The notes below the pieces were generated by a model. That model did no database searches and was not told the DNA's origin. It saw only the letters and a program-made list of their open reading frames with translations. From NCBI GenBank assembly GCA_020060625.1, contig JAGUZU010000087.1:8500-72499 (forward strand): a DNA stretch of 64,000 nt. The letters run 5' to 3'. Position numbers and translations under genes: made by a program. Shown one piece after another: positions 1 through 9,754 of this stretch; the stretch's first letter is position 1, and the number at the start of each line of letters is the position of its first letter. This stretch comes from Anaerolineales bacterium (lineage in GTDB: Bacteria > Chloroflexota > Anaerolineae > Anaerolineales > Villigracilaceae).

Positions 1-1
1 G

Positions 2-733
2 CAGTCTGCTCTTAACCCTGTCTTCCGTTCGGGGGATCAGATATCCGAAGTGCTGGGCATTCACCAGAAGTTTGGCAGGGAGGCGGGCAGGGTGCGCGCG
101 GTTGAACTTTTGAAGCAGGTGGGAATTCCCGACCCGGAGCGGCGCGCGGCTTCCTATCCTCATGAACTTTCGGGCGGTATGGCGCAGCGTGTGATGATCG
201 CCATGGCGCTTGCCTGCGTGCCGGACCTGCTTATTGCAGACGAACCCACCACCGCCCTGGACGTTACCATTCAGGCGCAGATTCTGGATCTGATGCGTGA
301 AATGCGCAGCCAACTCAGTTCGACCATGATTCTTATTACGCATGATCTTGGGGTGATCGCCGAAATGGCGGATCGCGTGGCGGTTATGTATGCCGGTGAG
401 ATCGTGGAGGAATCTGCTGTGGCTGCGCTCTTCGACAATGCCCTGCATCCGTACACGAAGGGATTGATCGGTTCTGTTCCCGTGCTGGGCGAGATCCGCG
501 AGCGGTTGGAGGTCATTCCGGGTTCGGTGCCGAACCTGATCAACCTGCCGAATGGCTGCCGCTTTGCCCCGCGCTGCGCGGCTCGCGTGGAACATGGGCT
601 GACGATCTGCACGGAACGCGATCCCGAATTGATCGAAATCGAGGAAGGTCACAAGGTTCGCTGCTGGCTTTATCAGGACGGGGAGGGTCATGCCGCGCCC
701 ATTAAACATGCCGGTCAATCCACAACGAAGTGA
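2..733 (+). CDS. Oligopeptide/dipeptide ABC transporter ATP-binding subunit (OppD/DppD-like), 5' end cut by window edge
   Basis: Frame stays open back to nt 2 (listed ORF 50..733 begins at an internal GTG). ABC signature ELSGGMAQR, Walker [14 protein letters not shown]-loop ITHDLGV, C-terminal oligopeptide-ABC tail HPYTKGL...CRFAPRC. Confidence 0.9.
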   Translation, partial: QSALNPVFRSGDQISEVLGIHQKFGREAGRVRAVELLKQVGIPDPERRAASYPHELSGGMAQRVMIAMALACVPDLLIADEPTTALDVTIQAQILDLMREMRSQLSSTMILITHDLGVIAEMADRVAVMYAGEIVEESAVAALFDNALHPYTKGLIGSVPVLGEIRERLEVIPGSVPNLINLPNGCRFAPRCAARVEHGLTICTERDPELIEIEEGHKVRCWLYQDGEGHAAPIKHAGQSTTK

Positions 734-747
734 AACGGACATAAAGA

Positions 748-1728
748 ATGCAGAATCAAGATAACAACAATCTGTTGACGGTAAAGGACCTGACCAAATA
801 TTTTCCCGTCCGCTCCGGGGTGCTTCAGCGGGTTTCCGCATGGGTGAAGGCAGTGGACAAGGTCAGTTTTTTTGTCAAAAAAGGCGAAACGCTGGGCATG
901 GTGGGCGAATCGGGCTGCGGCAAGACGACGATAGGGCGTTCCATTTTGCGCCTGATCGAGCCGACTTCCGGCGAAGTGTCCTTTAATGGGAAGGACGTTC
1001 TCAAAATGAATGCGAGGGAATTGAAATCCCTGCGCCGCGATATGCAGATCATCTTTCAAGACCCGTATGCCTCCCTGAACCCGCGCATGCCGATCGGCGA
1101 ATCAGTCATGGAAGGGTTGAACATTCACAGCATCGGCACCCCGAAGGAGCGCTGGGAGGTCGTCATTGACATGCTCAAGAAGGTGGGGCTGGAAGAATAC
1201 CATGCCCGCCGTTATCCGCATGAATTTTCGGGCGGTCAGCGCCAGCGCATTGGGATTGCGCGCGCGCTGGCGTTGCAGCCCAAGTTTATCGTCTGCGACG
1301 AGCCGGTCTCCGCGCTGGATGTTTCCATTCAGTCGCAGGTTTTGAATATCCTCAAGGACTTGCAGGGAGAGTTTGGGCTTACCTATTTGTTCATTGCCCA
1401 CAACTTGAGCGTGGTGGAGCATATTTCCGACCGCGTGGCGGTGATGTATCTTGGCAAGGTCGTCGAGTTGGCGGACCGCGAGGCGCTTTATCGCGAGCCG
1501 CTGCACCCCTATACCAAGGCGCTACTTTCCGCCATTCCGATTCCCCACCCGAAGATAAAACGCGAGCGCACCATTCTCAAAGGCGACGTGCCGAGTCCGC
1601 TCAACCCGCCGAGCGGATGCCGTTTTCACACCCGCTGCCCGATTGCGGTGGAACGCTGTTCGCAGGAAGAGCCTGAGTTCAGGGAAGCCCGCGCGGGTCA
1701 TTGGGTTGCCTGCTGGCTTGTGGAATAA
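748..1728 (+). CDS. Oligopeptide/dipeptide ABC transporter ATP-binding subunit (OppF/DppF-like)
   Basis: Walker [10 protein letters not shown], signature [15 protein letters not shown], Walker [14 protein letters not shown]-terminal HPYTKALL...CRFHTRCP tail. 15 nt after previous ABC gene. Confidence 0.92.
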   Translation: MQNQDNNNLLTVKDLTKYFPVRSGVLQRVSAWVKAVDKVSFFVKKGETLGMVGESGCGKTTIGRSILRLIEPTSGEVSFNGKDVLKMNARELKSLRRDMQIIFQDPYASLNPRMPIGESVMEGLNIHSIGTPKERWEVVIDMLKKVGLEEYHARRYPHEFSGGQRQRIGIARALALQPKFIVCDEPVSALDVSIQSQVLNILKDLQGEFGLTYLFIAHNLSVVEHISDRVAVMYLGKVVELADREALYREPLHPYTKALLSAIPIPHPKIKRERTILKGDVPSPLNPPSGCRFHTRCPIAVERCSQEEPEFREARAGHWVACWLVE

Positions 1729-1744
1729 TGGCTTCAAAGATGCG

Positions 1745-1776
1745 AGAGACTGCATGAGTGCGGTCTCTTTTTATTT
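1745..1776 (+). terminator. Rho-independent terminator candidate after the ABC ATPase genes
   Basis: AGAGAC / GTCTCT stem with 12-nt loop followed by TTTTATTT. Confidence 0.55.
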
Positions 1777-1854
1777 CGGAGGGCAACGTGGGTATAATTG
1801 CCGAATTGTCATGTATTCATGCCGCGCTCAACCCGCAATGCCGGATAGGAAATC

Positions 1855-3768
1855 ATGAATAAGAAAATTATTCTTTTCTTCTTTGCAACCGCATTCATCC
1901 TTGCTGGATGCCTTCGATTCCAATCCCAGACCGAAACGCCGACATTAACCTTCACGGCTCTGCCGACCCAAATACCGGAGCCTGCCGCCGAAACCGCCCT
2001 CACCGTCTGCCTTGGGCGGGAACCCAACACGTTGTATCCGTTTGGCGAGTTGAACTCAGCCGCGCAGAGCGTGCTGGCTGCCATTTATGACGGTCCCTTC
2101 GACACACTCGGCTATGAATACCAGCCCGTGATCCTGACGCAAATGCCGTCGCTCGAAAACGGGGACGCGCAAATCGTCAGCATAACCGTGCAGGATGAAA
2201 GTCTGGTGGTGGATGCGGAGGGGAATCTCGTCCAGTTGGAGGCGGGGACGCAGGTTCGCCCGTCGGGCTGCCGCAGCGACGATTGCGTCGTCACATTCGA
2301 TGGAACCGGCTCGCTTGAAATGGATCAGATGGTGGTCACGTTCCGTATGCGTCCAAACCTCACATGGTCCGACGGCACGCCTCTCACCGCGGACGACTCG
2401 GTGTTCGCATTTGAGATTCTTCAAAACGCCGACGAATATTTGATCGAACGCACCCAGGCATACGAAGCCGCCGACGCGCAAACCCTGCAATGGTGGGGCA
2501 TCCCCGGTTTTATTGATCCGACCTATTCTACAAATTTCTGGTCTCCTGCGCCAAAGCACTTATGGGGCGAGTTCACTTCGGAAGAACTGCCGTCCGTGGA
2601 CATCGCCGCCCGTTCGCCCGTTGGCTGGGGGGCATATCAGATCGAAGAATGGATACCGGGCGATCATATCACGTTGACGAAGAACCCCTATTACTATTTG
2701 AACGAAAGCGGCTACCCCGCGACGGACATTGTCAACATCCGCTTCATCCCGGACCCGGACACGGCTCTGACCGAGTTGATCGCATCACGCTGTGACATTC
2801 TCGATCCCTCCATCAACCTCGATAGCCACCTCGGTTTGCTGCTGGAAATGCAAGCCGCCGAACAGGCGCAGGTCTTCGTCGCCGGCGGCACGACCGTTGA
2901 ATGGCTTGGGCTGGGGCTTGCGCCCGCATCCTACGACGACGGTTATGATCAATCGAAAGACAGGCAGAACTTCTTTGCCGACAAACACACCCGCGCAGCC
3001 ATTGCATACTGCCTCGACCGCCAAGCCATTGTGGATAATGTGTTGTTTGGCATGACCACCGTCCCGGCGGGCTATGTGCCTGCCGAACACCCGGCTTTCG
3101 ACCCGAACCTTCCGCAGATTTCGTACGACCCGGAAACGGGGCGTTCCTTCCTCGAACTGGCTGGCTGGCGGGACGCGGACGACGACCCCGCCACACCCAT
3201 GCGCGCGGTCAATGTCCGCAATGTGGCATATAACACGCCTCTTCAACTGGATTACTACACAACCGGCTCGACCCAGCGCAAACAGATCGTGGAGATCATC
3301 GAAAAATCGCTCGCGGAATGCGGCATCGGGCTCAACGTGATCTATCTTTCATCAAACGAACTTTATACGGGCGGACCAAACGGAGTTCTCTTCGGGCGCA
3401 ATTTCGATCTGGCGGAATATGCAATGGGCGTGGAAGGCATTGAGCCGCCCTGTAACTGGTTTGCCAGCGACGGGATTCCCACCGAGGATAACTCATGGGC
3501 TGGGACGAATATCACGGGCTTCAGCAGCGAAGCCTACGATGAGGCGTGCCGCGAAGCGCAATCATCCCTGCGCGACGAACAAACCTACATCGCCACTCAC
3601 CGCCAGGCGCAGGTCATCCTTTCCGATGAACTTCCCGCCATTCCGCTTTTTCATCGTCTGAAGATTGCCGTGGCGCGCCCCGACGTGTGCCACTTCGACC
3701 TCGACCCGAGCGCCAACTCTCTTTGGAATATCGAATCCATTGGCAAGGGAGAAACCTGTCAAAAATGA
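1855..3768 (+). CDS. ABC transporter substrate-binding lipoprotein, family 5 (peptide/nickel type)
   Basis: Signal peptide with lipobox (FILAGC). Length and motifs (ITLTKNPYY, RQAIAYCLDR) typical of family-5 SBPs. Adjacent to Opp-like ATPases. Confidence 0.8.
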   Translation: MNKKIILFFFATAFILAGCLRFQSQTETPTLTFTALPTQIPEPAAETALTVCLGREPNTLYPFGELNSAAQSVLAAIYDGPFDTLGYEYQPVILTQMPSLENGDAQIVSITVQDESLVVDAEGNLVQLEAGTQVRPSGCRSDDCVVTFDGTGSLEMDQMVVTFRMRPNLTWSDGTPLTADDSVFAFEILQNADEYLIERTQAYEAADAQTLQWWGIPGFIDPTYSTNFWSPAPKHLWGEFTSEELPSVDIAARSPVGWGAYQIEEWIPGDHITLTKNPYYYLNESGYPATDIVNIRFIPDPDTALTELIASRCDILDPSINLDSHLGLLLEMQAAEQAQVFVAGGTTVEWLGLGLAPASYDDGYDQSKDRQNFFADKHTRAAIAYCLDRQAIVDNVLFGMTTVPAGYVPAEHPAFDPNLPQISYDPETGRSFLELAGWRDADDDPATPMRAVNVRNVAYNTPLQLDYYTTGSTQRKQIVEIIEKSLAECGIGLNVIYLSSNELYTGGPNGVLFGRNFDLAEYAMGVEGIEPPCNWFASDGIPTEDNSWAGTNITGFSSEAYDEACREAQSSLRDEQTYIATHRQAQVILSDELPAIPLFHRLKIAVARPDVCHFDLDPSANSLWNIESIGKGETCQK

Positions 3769-3790
3769 TTAGGTTTTGAAAAGCGGACTT

Positions 3791-3819
3791 TGCTATAATC
3801 AATTTATTCATTGATGAAT
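3791..3819 (+). promoter_or_regulatory. Extended -10 (TGCTATAAT) followed by a 14-nt palindrome ATTCATTGATGAAT (possible operator) upstream of the response-regulator gene
   Basis: TGCTATAAT at 3791-3799. Perfect inverted repeat ATTCAT-TG-ATGAAT at 3806-3819. About 50 nt upstream of the ATG at 3871. Confidence 0.35.
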
Positions 3820-3870
3820 TCATTCCCACATCCGCGCGGACACCCTGCCGGATGACAAGGACAGGAATTT

Positions 3871-4935
3871 ATGGATCGTAAAATTTTGATCGTGGACGAC
3901 CAGCGGGACATCATTCGGCTGCTTCATTCGACGCTGGATGCGCTCAAGAACGACGACCTCAAAATATTCGAAGCCCCGTCAGGTGAGGAAGCGCTTCTCG
4001 AATCCACCCGCCATTCCATAGACCTGCTTATCGCCGATTACAAACTCCCCGGCATAAGCGGCGTGGAACTCATGCACAAGGTGCGCGCCCGCCACCCCGA
4101 GGTCAAGGTCATTTTCATCACCGGCATGACCGATAAAAAAATGCGCGACGAAATGCTCAACGCGGGCGCGCTTGCCGTTTTCGACAAACCCATCCCCATG
4201 GCGGATTTTCTGGATGTGGTCGAACGCGGGCTGGGACTCGTCCAAACCATCTTTCCCTCCGAACCGCGGGGCGAACAAGTGGAAGAACGCCACAGCCGCG
4301 TCTCTGATCTGCTTGCCAACTTCAGGCAGGATGTCAGCGCTGATGCGGTTTTCCTGCTCAATGACCGCGGGCTGGTGCAGGCGCGCACAGGCTCCCTGCA
4401 CGACTCCAGCATGGAAGTTTCGCTCATCTCCTCCTTGATGGCGATCCATACTGCCAGCCTGAAGGTCGCCCGTCACAACCATCAGGAAATGCCGAATGCC
4501 TACCACGTCTTCAGCGGCGGAGATCACGACCTACTCTTCATCCCCGTCACGCCGCTTTACGCCCTGCTCGTCGCCGGGGTGGGACTCGTCACCGAGGAAC
4601 GCATCCTTGAAACAATTGGCGGACTGAGCGCATTGCGAGGCGAAATTGAAAAGGCGCTCAAATCCATGGGCGTGACCGGCGAATTAAAGACCGCTTCGGA
4701 ATCCGCGCGAAAACCTGCTCCCAAAAAGCAAACCGACCAGCTCGCCCAAGCCGCTCCCGCCCCTGAAATGGAAGCCTTGCTCAACCAGGCTGTCACCAAA
4801 AAGACGAAAATCCAAAATGCGGACGATTTTTGGACGCAAGCCGCAGAAAAACATGCCGCAAAACCCGCCAACGAAGATGTTATTACATTGGAGGAGGCTC
4901 GCAAACTCGGCATCATTCCCGGTGAAAAGCAATAA
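3871..4935 (+). CDS. Response regulator: CheY-like receiver plus uncharacterised C-terminal domain (roadblock/LC7-like suspected) and a Lys/Ala/Pro-rich tail
   Basis: ILIVDDQRD, DLLIADYKLPGISG, VIFITGM receiver motifs. No recognisable DNA-binding output. Confidence 0.8.
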   Translation: MDRKILIVDDQRDIIRLLHSTLDALKNDDLKIFEAPSGEEALLESTRHSIDLLIADYKLPGISGVELMHKVRARHPEVKVIFITGMTDKKMRDEMLNAGALAVFDKPIPMADFLDVVERGLGLVQTIFPSEPRGEQVEERHSRVSDLLANFRQDVSADAVFLLNDRGLVQARTGSLHDSSMEVSLISSLMAIHTASLKVARHNHQEMPNAYHVFSGGDHDLLFIPVTPLYALLVAGVGLVTEERILETIGGLSALRGEIEKALKSMGVTGELKTASESARKPAPKKQTDQLAQAAPAPEMEALLNQAVTKKTKIQNADDFWTQAAEKHAAKPANEDVITLEEARKLGIIPGEKQ

Positions 4936-4960
4936 AACTGTGATAAAATCTTGCCCGCAC

Positions 4961-5031
4961 TGGGGCATGGTGCAATGGCAGCACACCAGCCTTTGGAGCT
5001 GTGGATCTTGGTTCGAATCCAGGTGCCCCAG
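4961..5031 (+). tRNA. tRNA-Gln (anticodon TTG)
   Basis: Hand-folded cloverleaf: acceptor TGGGGCA/TGCCCCA, D arm GTGC-AATGGCA-GCAC, anticodon arm CCAGC-CTTTGGA-GCTGT (loop anticodon TTG), 4-nt variable loop, T arm CTTGG-TTCGAAT-CCAGG, discriminator G. UGGGG...CCCCAG ends are typical of bacterial tRNA-Gln. Confidence 0.88.
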
Positions 5032-5062
5032 CCTGAACCCATCCGCGATGCGGACGATTTTC

Positions 5063-5116
5063 AAACAGGATTTGTTGCGGAGCGATGTACAGCCCGCGCA
5101 AATCCTGTTTTTGTTC
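5063..5116 (+). terminator. Hairpin plus T-run after tRNA-Gln
   Basis: AAACAGGATTTG ... CAAATCCTGTTT 12-bp stem followed by TTGTT. Loop is long (24 nt). Confidence 0.45.
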
Positions 5117-5126
5117 TAGGAGAATT

Positions 5127-6491
5127 ATGAAGAGTACCGCAATCCTTCTCGCCGCCGGGCAGGGGACGCGCATGAAATCATCCCTGCCAAAGGTGTTGCA
5201 TCCCATTGCGGGCAAGCCCATGATCTGGCATGCCCTGCGCGCGATCCAGCAATCCACCACCGAAAAACCCGTCGTGGTGGTCGGTCACGGCGCGGACGAG
5301 GTAAAAGCCTGGCTTGGCGAATCAGCCCAAACCGTCTTGCAGGAGCCGCAGCTTGGCACGGGACATGCCGTGATGCAAGCCGAGTCCTTGTTAAAGGGAA
5401 AGAACGATCTCGTCGTCGTCTGCTACAGCGACATGCCCCTCCTGCGCGGCGAGACCTTGCAGCAATTGGTGGAAACGCAGGAAAAGAACAGCGGACCCAT
5501 TTCGATGCTGACCGTCATTGCGGATGACCCGCGCGGGTTCGGGCGCGTCATCCGCAGGGACGACGGCTCGGTGGAAGCCATTGTGGAGGAATATGTCGCC
5601 ACACCCGAGCAGTTACAGGTCAAGGAACTGAACGTGGGCGGTTATTGTTTCGACGCGAACTGGCTCTGGGACGCCCTGCATCGCATCCCGAAAAATCCTC
5701 AAAAAGGCGAATATTATCTGACGGATACCGTCGAACTGGCGACCAGGGACGGCTTGTCCGTCCAAGCCAATGTGATGGACGATCTCGAAGAGACGATTGG
5801 AATCAACACCCGCGCGCATCTTGCGGAGGTGGAAGCCGCCATGCGCCGCCGCATCACTCAGGAACACATGCTCAATGGCGTGACGATGATGGATCCCGCC
5901 TCCACTTATATCGAAGTAGACGTGAAGATCGGCAGGGATACCATCCTCATGCCGAATACGTACCTGCACGGCAAGACCGAGATTGGCGAAGCCAACGTGA
6001 TCGGACCAAACACCATCATCCGCGATTCAAAGATCGGGAATCGCTGTAAGATACTCGCCTCGGTGATGGAAGGCGCGACGCTCGAAGACGATGTGGATAT
6101 GGGTCCGTTTGCGCGGCTGAGAAAGGGAGCGCATTTGGGCAGCCACGTCCGCATGGGGAATTTTGGCGAGGTAAAGGATTCGTACCTTGCCGAAGGCGTG
6201 AAAATGGGACATTTCTCGTACGTCGGCAACGCGCAAATCGGCGCGAATACCAACATCGGCGCGGGGACCATCACCTGCAATTATGACGGAGAAAAGAAGC
6301 ACAACACCGAGATCGGCGAAGATGTCTTCATCGGTTCGGATACCATGCTGGTCGCGCCGTTGAAGATCGGGGATGGCGCGCGCACGGGCGCGGGCGCAGT
6401 GGTGACAAAAAATGTGGCGGACGACACGCTTGTGGTCGGTATGCCCGCGCGCGCGATCAAGAAACTGGAACGAAAATCAAAAAAGAAATAG
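5127..6491 (+). CDS. glmU: Bifunctional UDP-N-acetylglucosamine pyrophosphorylase / glucosamine-1-phosphate N-acetyltransferase
   Basis: LAAGQGTRMKS nucleotidyltransferase motif and C-terminal left-handed beta-helix hexapeptide repeats. ATG at 5127 preceded by AGGAGA (listed ORF starts earlier at 5085). Confidence 0.93.
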   Translation: MKSTAILLAAGQGTRMKSSLPKVLHPIAGKPMIWHALRAIQQSTTEKPVVVVGHGADEVKAWLGESAQTVLQEPQLGTGHAVMQAESLLKGKNDLVVVCYSDMPLLRGETLQQLVETQEKNSGPISMLTVIADDPRGFGRVIRRDDGSVEAIVEEYVATPEQLQVKELNVGGYCFDANWLWDALHRIPKNPQKGEYYLTDTVELATRDGLSVQANVMDDLEETIGINTRAHLAEVEAAMRRRITQEHMLNGVTMMDPASTYIEVDVKIGRDTILMPNTYLHGKTEIGEANVIGPNTIIRDSKIGNRCKILASVMEGATLEDDVDMGPFARLRKGAHLGSHVRMGNFGEVKDSYLAEGVKMGHFSYVGNAQIGANTNIGAGTITCNYDGEKKHNTEIGEDVFIGSDTMLVAPLKIGDGARTGAGAVVTKNVADDTLVVGMPARAIKKLERKSKKK

Positions 6492-6498
6492 GCAGCCC

Positions 6499-6903
6499 AT
6501 GATCACCAAAGCAGAAAAGCAATCCCTGATAGACCTTGCCAACGAAGCCCGCCGCCGCGCGTATGTGCCTTATTCGCATTACCCTGTCGGCGCGGCGCTG
6601 CGGACGAAAAGCGGAAAACTTTACACGGGTGTCAATGTGGAAAACGCCGCCTACCCGCAGACAATGTGCGCCGAGCGTGTCGCTATTTTCAAAGCCGTTT
6701 CCGAAGGCGAAACTGAATTTGAAGTGATCTCCGTTGTCACCAAGAACGGCGGCTCGCCCTGCGGCGGATGCCGGCAGGTGTTGGCGGAATTCGGGCTGAA
6801 TACCATTGTCCTGATGGCAAATGAGGATGGGAAATTGGTGAAGGAAATGACCGTCAGCGAGTTGCTCCCTGAAGCGTTCACGCCAAAACATCTCATCAAG
6901 TAG
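6499..6903 (+). CDS. cdd: Cytidine deaminase
   Basis: Zinc-binding motifs CAERVAIFKAV and PCGGCRQVL. ATG at 6499 just after the glmU stop (listed ORF 6412 start overlaps glmU). Confidence 0.9.
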   Translation: MITKAEKQSLIDLANEARRRAYVPYSHYPVGAALRTKSGKLYTGVNVENAAYPQTMCAERVAIFKAVSEGETEFEVISVVTKNGGSPCGGCRQVLAEFGLNTIVLMANEDGKLVKEMTVSELLPEAFTPKHLIK

Positions 6904-6947
6904 ACAGATACACACGATACAACTGTATACCTGTTTACTCTGTTTAC

Positions 6948-7721
6948 TTGTATACTTTCCCCATGACCGACTTCCGCTCCTTCCGCGCTTCCGCCGTTGT
7001 CCTCCGCCATGCGGATTGGGGCGAAGCCGACCAACTGCTCACGCTCTACACCCGCGAGCGGGGCATGGTGCGCGCGATTGCGAAAGGCGCGCGAAAGATC
7101 ACCTCGCGCAAGGGCGGACATTTGCAGCCCTTCACCTACATCACGGTCCAACTCGCAAAGGGGCGCGACCTGCTGATCGTCACGCAGGTGGAAACGATCA
7201 ACGCATTTCTTCCCCTGCATGACGACCTCGTCAAAACAAGTCATGCCGCATACACGGTGGAGCTGCTTCTGCGCTTTTCCTACGAAGACGAAGGTGCAAA
7301 TCCATCCATTTTTCGGCTGCTCGTGGAAACATTGGATCGCATCGAAAAAGAAACCGATGCGTGGCTTGCCGTCCGTTATTATGAAGTGAGATTGCTCGAT
7401 GCTGTGGGATTTCGCCCGCAATTATTCGAATGTGCCAATTGCCGACGCGAGATTTTCGCGGAAGACCAGTTCTTTTCGTTCACGGCGGGCGGGGTCATCT
7501 GTCCGCGCTGCGGCGGGGGGCTGCCCAACCTGCCGAAGATTTCGCTGGAGGCGCTCAAGTATCTGCGCCATTTCCAACGCTCGAGCTACAGAGATGCCTC
7601 TCGCGCGAATCCCAGCCTCGAGGTCCGGAAAGAGGCGGAAACGCTCATGCAGGGATACTTCACATATTTGCTGGAACGCAGCTTGAACACCCCGGGCTTC
7701 ATCAAAAAAATCAAATCGTAA
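6948..7721 (+). CDS. recO: DNA repair protein RecO
   Basis: N-terminal OB-fold motif (AVVLRHADWGEADQLLTLYTRERGMVRAIAKGARK) and zinc motif CANCRRE...CPRCGG. Alternative start at 6963. Confidence 0.9.
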   Translation: MYTFPMTDFRSFRASAVVLRHADWGEADQLLTLYTRERGMVRAIAKGARKITSRKGGHLQPFTYITVQLAKGRDLLIVTQVETINAFLPLHDDLVKTSHAAYTVELLLRFSYEDEGANPSIFRLLVETLDRIEKETDAWLAVRYYEVRLLDAVGFRPQLFECANCRREIFAEDQFFSFTAGGVICPRCGGGLPNLPKISLEALKYLRHFQRSSYRDASRANPSLEVRKEAETLMQGYFTYLLERSLNTPGFIKKIKS

Positions 7722-7750
7722 ACCTGCCCTGAACCTGGCCGGAGGGTCGC

Positions 7751-7788
7751 AAAAAGGGACAGCTTATTTGCCGTCCCTTTTTCTTTTA
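7751..7788. terminator. Bidirectional hairpin between convergent recO and the PHP gene
   Basis: AAAAAGGGAC ... GTCCCTTTTT stem, T-runs on both strands. Overlaps the last codons of the PHP gene. Confidence 0.5.
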
Positions 7789-8534
7789 ATCCTCTGCTGT
7801 AGGGTTTTGGTCATCGGCTGGGTATCTATTTCCCCGGAAGCCGAGCGGGCATCGGAGGCGTAACCCAGCCTTCGCATGGCGATCCGCCGCGCCCAACTGA
7901 AGATGGCGCGCGCCGATTCCTCCCCGTCGTAAGGGATGGGGAGGGTGGCGTTGGTTTCGAGCGCGGCGCGCAGTTCCCGGGCGGTTTTGCCGGCAAACTC
8001 GATGCGCCCCGCGCCGACCGCCCAATAGATGTGCGCGTCGCTGGAGGCGATCCTTGCCAGCGGCAGGTATGCCGAAATTTTGCGGGCGACCTTGTCGAAG
8101 GCTTGCGTGCCCATGTTGTGCGTTTCGATGCCCTTCAACACGTCCTTGGCGCGCGGATGGGCGAGCGCCCTCAGCACGGCTTTCATCGAAAGGCTGTTGG
8201 GCAGGTTGTTGAACGGGTGCGGGGCGATGGCGATGCCCCCCTGCCGTCCAATGTGCAGGAGCGTATCCACGATGGACATCCCCGCGGGCGGGAGGGTCTT
8301 GATGTACAGAGCCACCAAATGCCCGTCCTCGGTGGAGACTTCCGCACCGGGGACGACCTCGACGCCGTAGGCGGGCGCAATCTGCTGCGCTTCCAGCGAA
8401 CCCCTGAATTCGTCGTGATCGGTGATGGCGATTACATCCAAGCCGACGTCCATTGCCTGTTTGAGGATGGCATGAACGGTGGCGGTTGCGTCGTGGGAAT
8501 AGATGCTGTGAATGTGAAGGTCTGCGGTGCCCAT
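7764..8534 (-). CDS. PHP-domain metal-dependent phosphoesterase
   Basis: ADLHIHSIYSHD, VIAITDHD, IAPHP, SSDAH histidine-rich PHP motifs. Confidence 0.85.
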   Translation of the reverse strand: MGTADLHIHSIYSHDATATVHAILKQAMDVGLDVIAITDHDEFRGSLEAQQIAPAYGVEVVPGAEVSTEDGHLVALYIKTLPPAGMSIVDTLLHIGRQGGIAIAPHPFNNLPNSLSMKAVLRALAHPRAKDVLKGIETHNMGTQAFDKVARKISAYLPLARIASSDAHIYWAVGAGRIEFAGKTARELRAALETNATLPIPYDGEESARAIFSWARRIAMRRLGYASDARSASGEIDTQPMTKTLQQRIKRKRDGK

Positions 8535-8569
8535 TGCATTGTCCTATGATGTTATGCGCGCAGCGAAAT

Positions 8570-9754
8570 TCATTTCGCGCTTCCGGCGGAAGGCCAGCCC
8601 TGCGGTACGCCTTTTTTACTCCAATTCAAAACGAATATCCAGGCTGCAAGCAGGACGACGGGTTTCATCAACCGCCAGAGCAGGATTTGGAACCACTTCC
8701 ATTTGAAGGAATAGACGACCTGGGCAATAACCCAGCGCGCGAACAGGGTTTGACCAAGCCCGCTTCGTACCAGCCGACGCTTGTACCTGCTGAATGAGAA
8801 TTCGCCACGCTGAAACGACTCGGCGATCTCCTGCGCGGCGACCGCGCCGCAGCCCAGCGCCATGCTGATGCCTTCGCCGAAGACCGGGTCCGCGCCGACG
8901 GCATCGCCAACGAGCAGCACGCGCGGAACGGACGCCTTGTTCCACGGGCTGTACCAGCGGATGGGGTGACCTTTGATTTCGTACTCGTTCAAGTCGAAGC
9001 CGCGGCGTTTCATCTCTTCGGCGAGCGGTTCTTTCAATGCCGGGCGTTTCCGGTCTGCGAGCAGGTTTGTATCGTAGACGCCCCAACATCGCATGGACTG
9101 ACCCTTGACCTGCGTGGGGAAGTCCCAGACGTAGCCTGCGATGTTGTTGGGAACGGGGAAGAAATCGAAGAACGCCACCCCCTCCCGTCCTCCACCAATA
9201 CTGGGGGAGGGTTGGGCGGGGGTCAAAACTTCCAATACCCTTGCCGTGTAAACGGGATCGTTTGGAAAGATACAGCGACGTGTGACTCCATTCGAACCGT
9301 CCGCGCCGACGACGACCTGTGCGCGAAATTCTCCTTGATCGGTTTCGACGATAGCGCAATCTTCACGCGGCTGAACACTTTTTACAACGATTCCCTCTCT
9401 AATCTCTATTCCCCTGCCCTCTGTTTTTTTTGCCAGCCAGTGATCGAACTCGTCGCGGCGGATGATGCGGATGGCGTGACGCTTTCGGATGCGGACGTTC
9501 AACCCTTTGCCTGCGAAGTCGAAGCGCGCGGATTTGGCATCCACGTGCGGGACTTCGCTCACGTCCAGCCCGAGGCGTTCGAGGATGATCTCGGCGTCGA
9601 TAACCAGCCCGCCGGCGCAAAGTTTCAGGCGTGGATAATGTTCCTTTTCGAGAACCAGGATGCGGGGAGTGAGAGGCGGGGCAAACTTTGCCAGATGAAG
9701 CGCAGTGGAGAGTCCGCCCGGTCCGCCGCCGAGGATGAGGATGTCTTTATCCAT
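8570..9754 (-). CDS. FAD-dependent oxidoreductase, geranylgeranyl-reductase-like, with hydrophobic C-terminus
   Basis: ILILGGGPGGLSTA dinucleotide-binding motif, VVGADGSNGVTRR, LVGDAVG. Start taken at MDKDILIL (ATG 9754-9752), which overlaps the upstream stop as TGATG. The listed ORF extends to 10069 over the upstream gene. Confidence 0.8.
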   Translation of the reverse strand: MDKDILILGGGPGGLSTALHLAKFAPPLTPRILVLEKEHYPRLKLCAGGLVIDAEIILERLGLDVSEVPHVDAKSARFDFAGKGLNVRIRKRHAIRIIRRDEFDHWLAKKTEGRGIEIREGIVVKSVQPREDCAIVETDQGEFRAQVVVGADGSNGVTRRCIFPNDPVYTARVLEVLTPAQPSPSIGGGREGVAFFDFFPVPNNIAGYVWDFPTQVKGQSMRCWGVYDTNLLADRKRPALKEPLAEEMKRRGFDLNEYEIKGHPIRWYSPWNKASVPRVLLVGDAVGADPVFGEGISMALGCGAVAAQEIAESFQRGEFSFSRYKRRLVRSGLGQTLFARWVIAQVVYSFKWKWFQILLWRLMKPVVLLAAWIFVLNWSKKGVPQGWPSAGSAK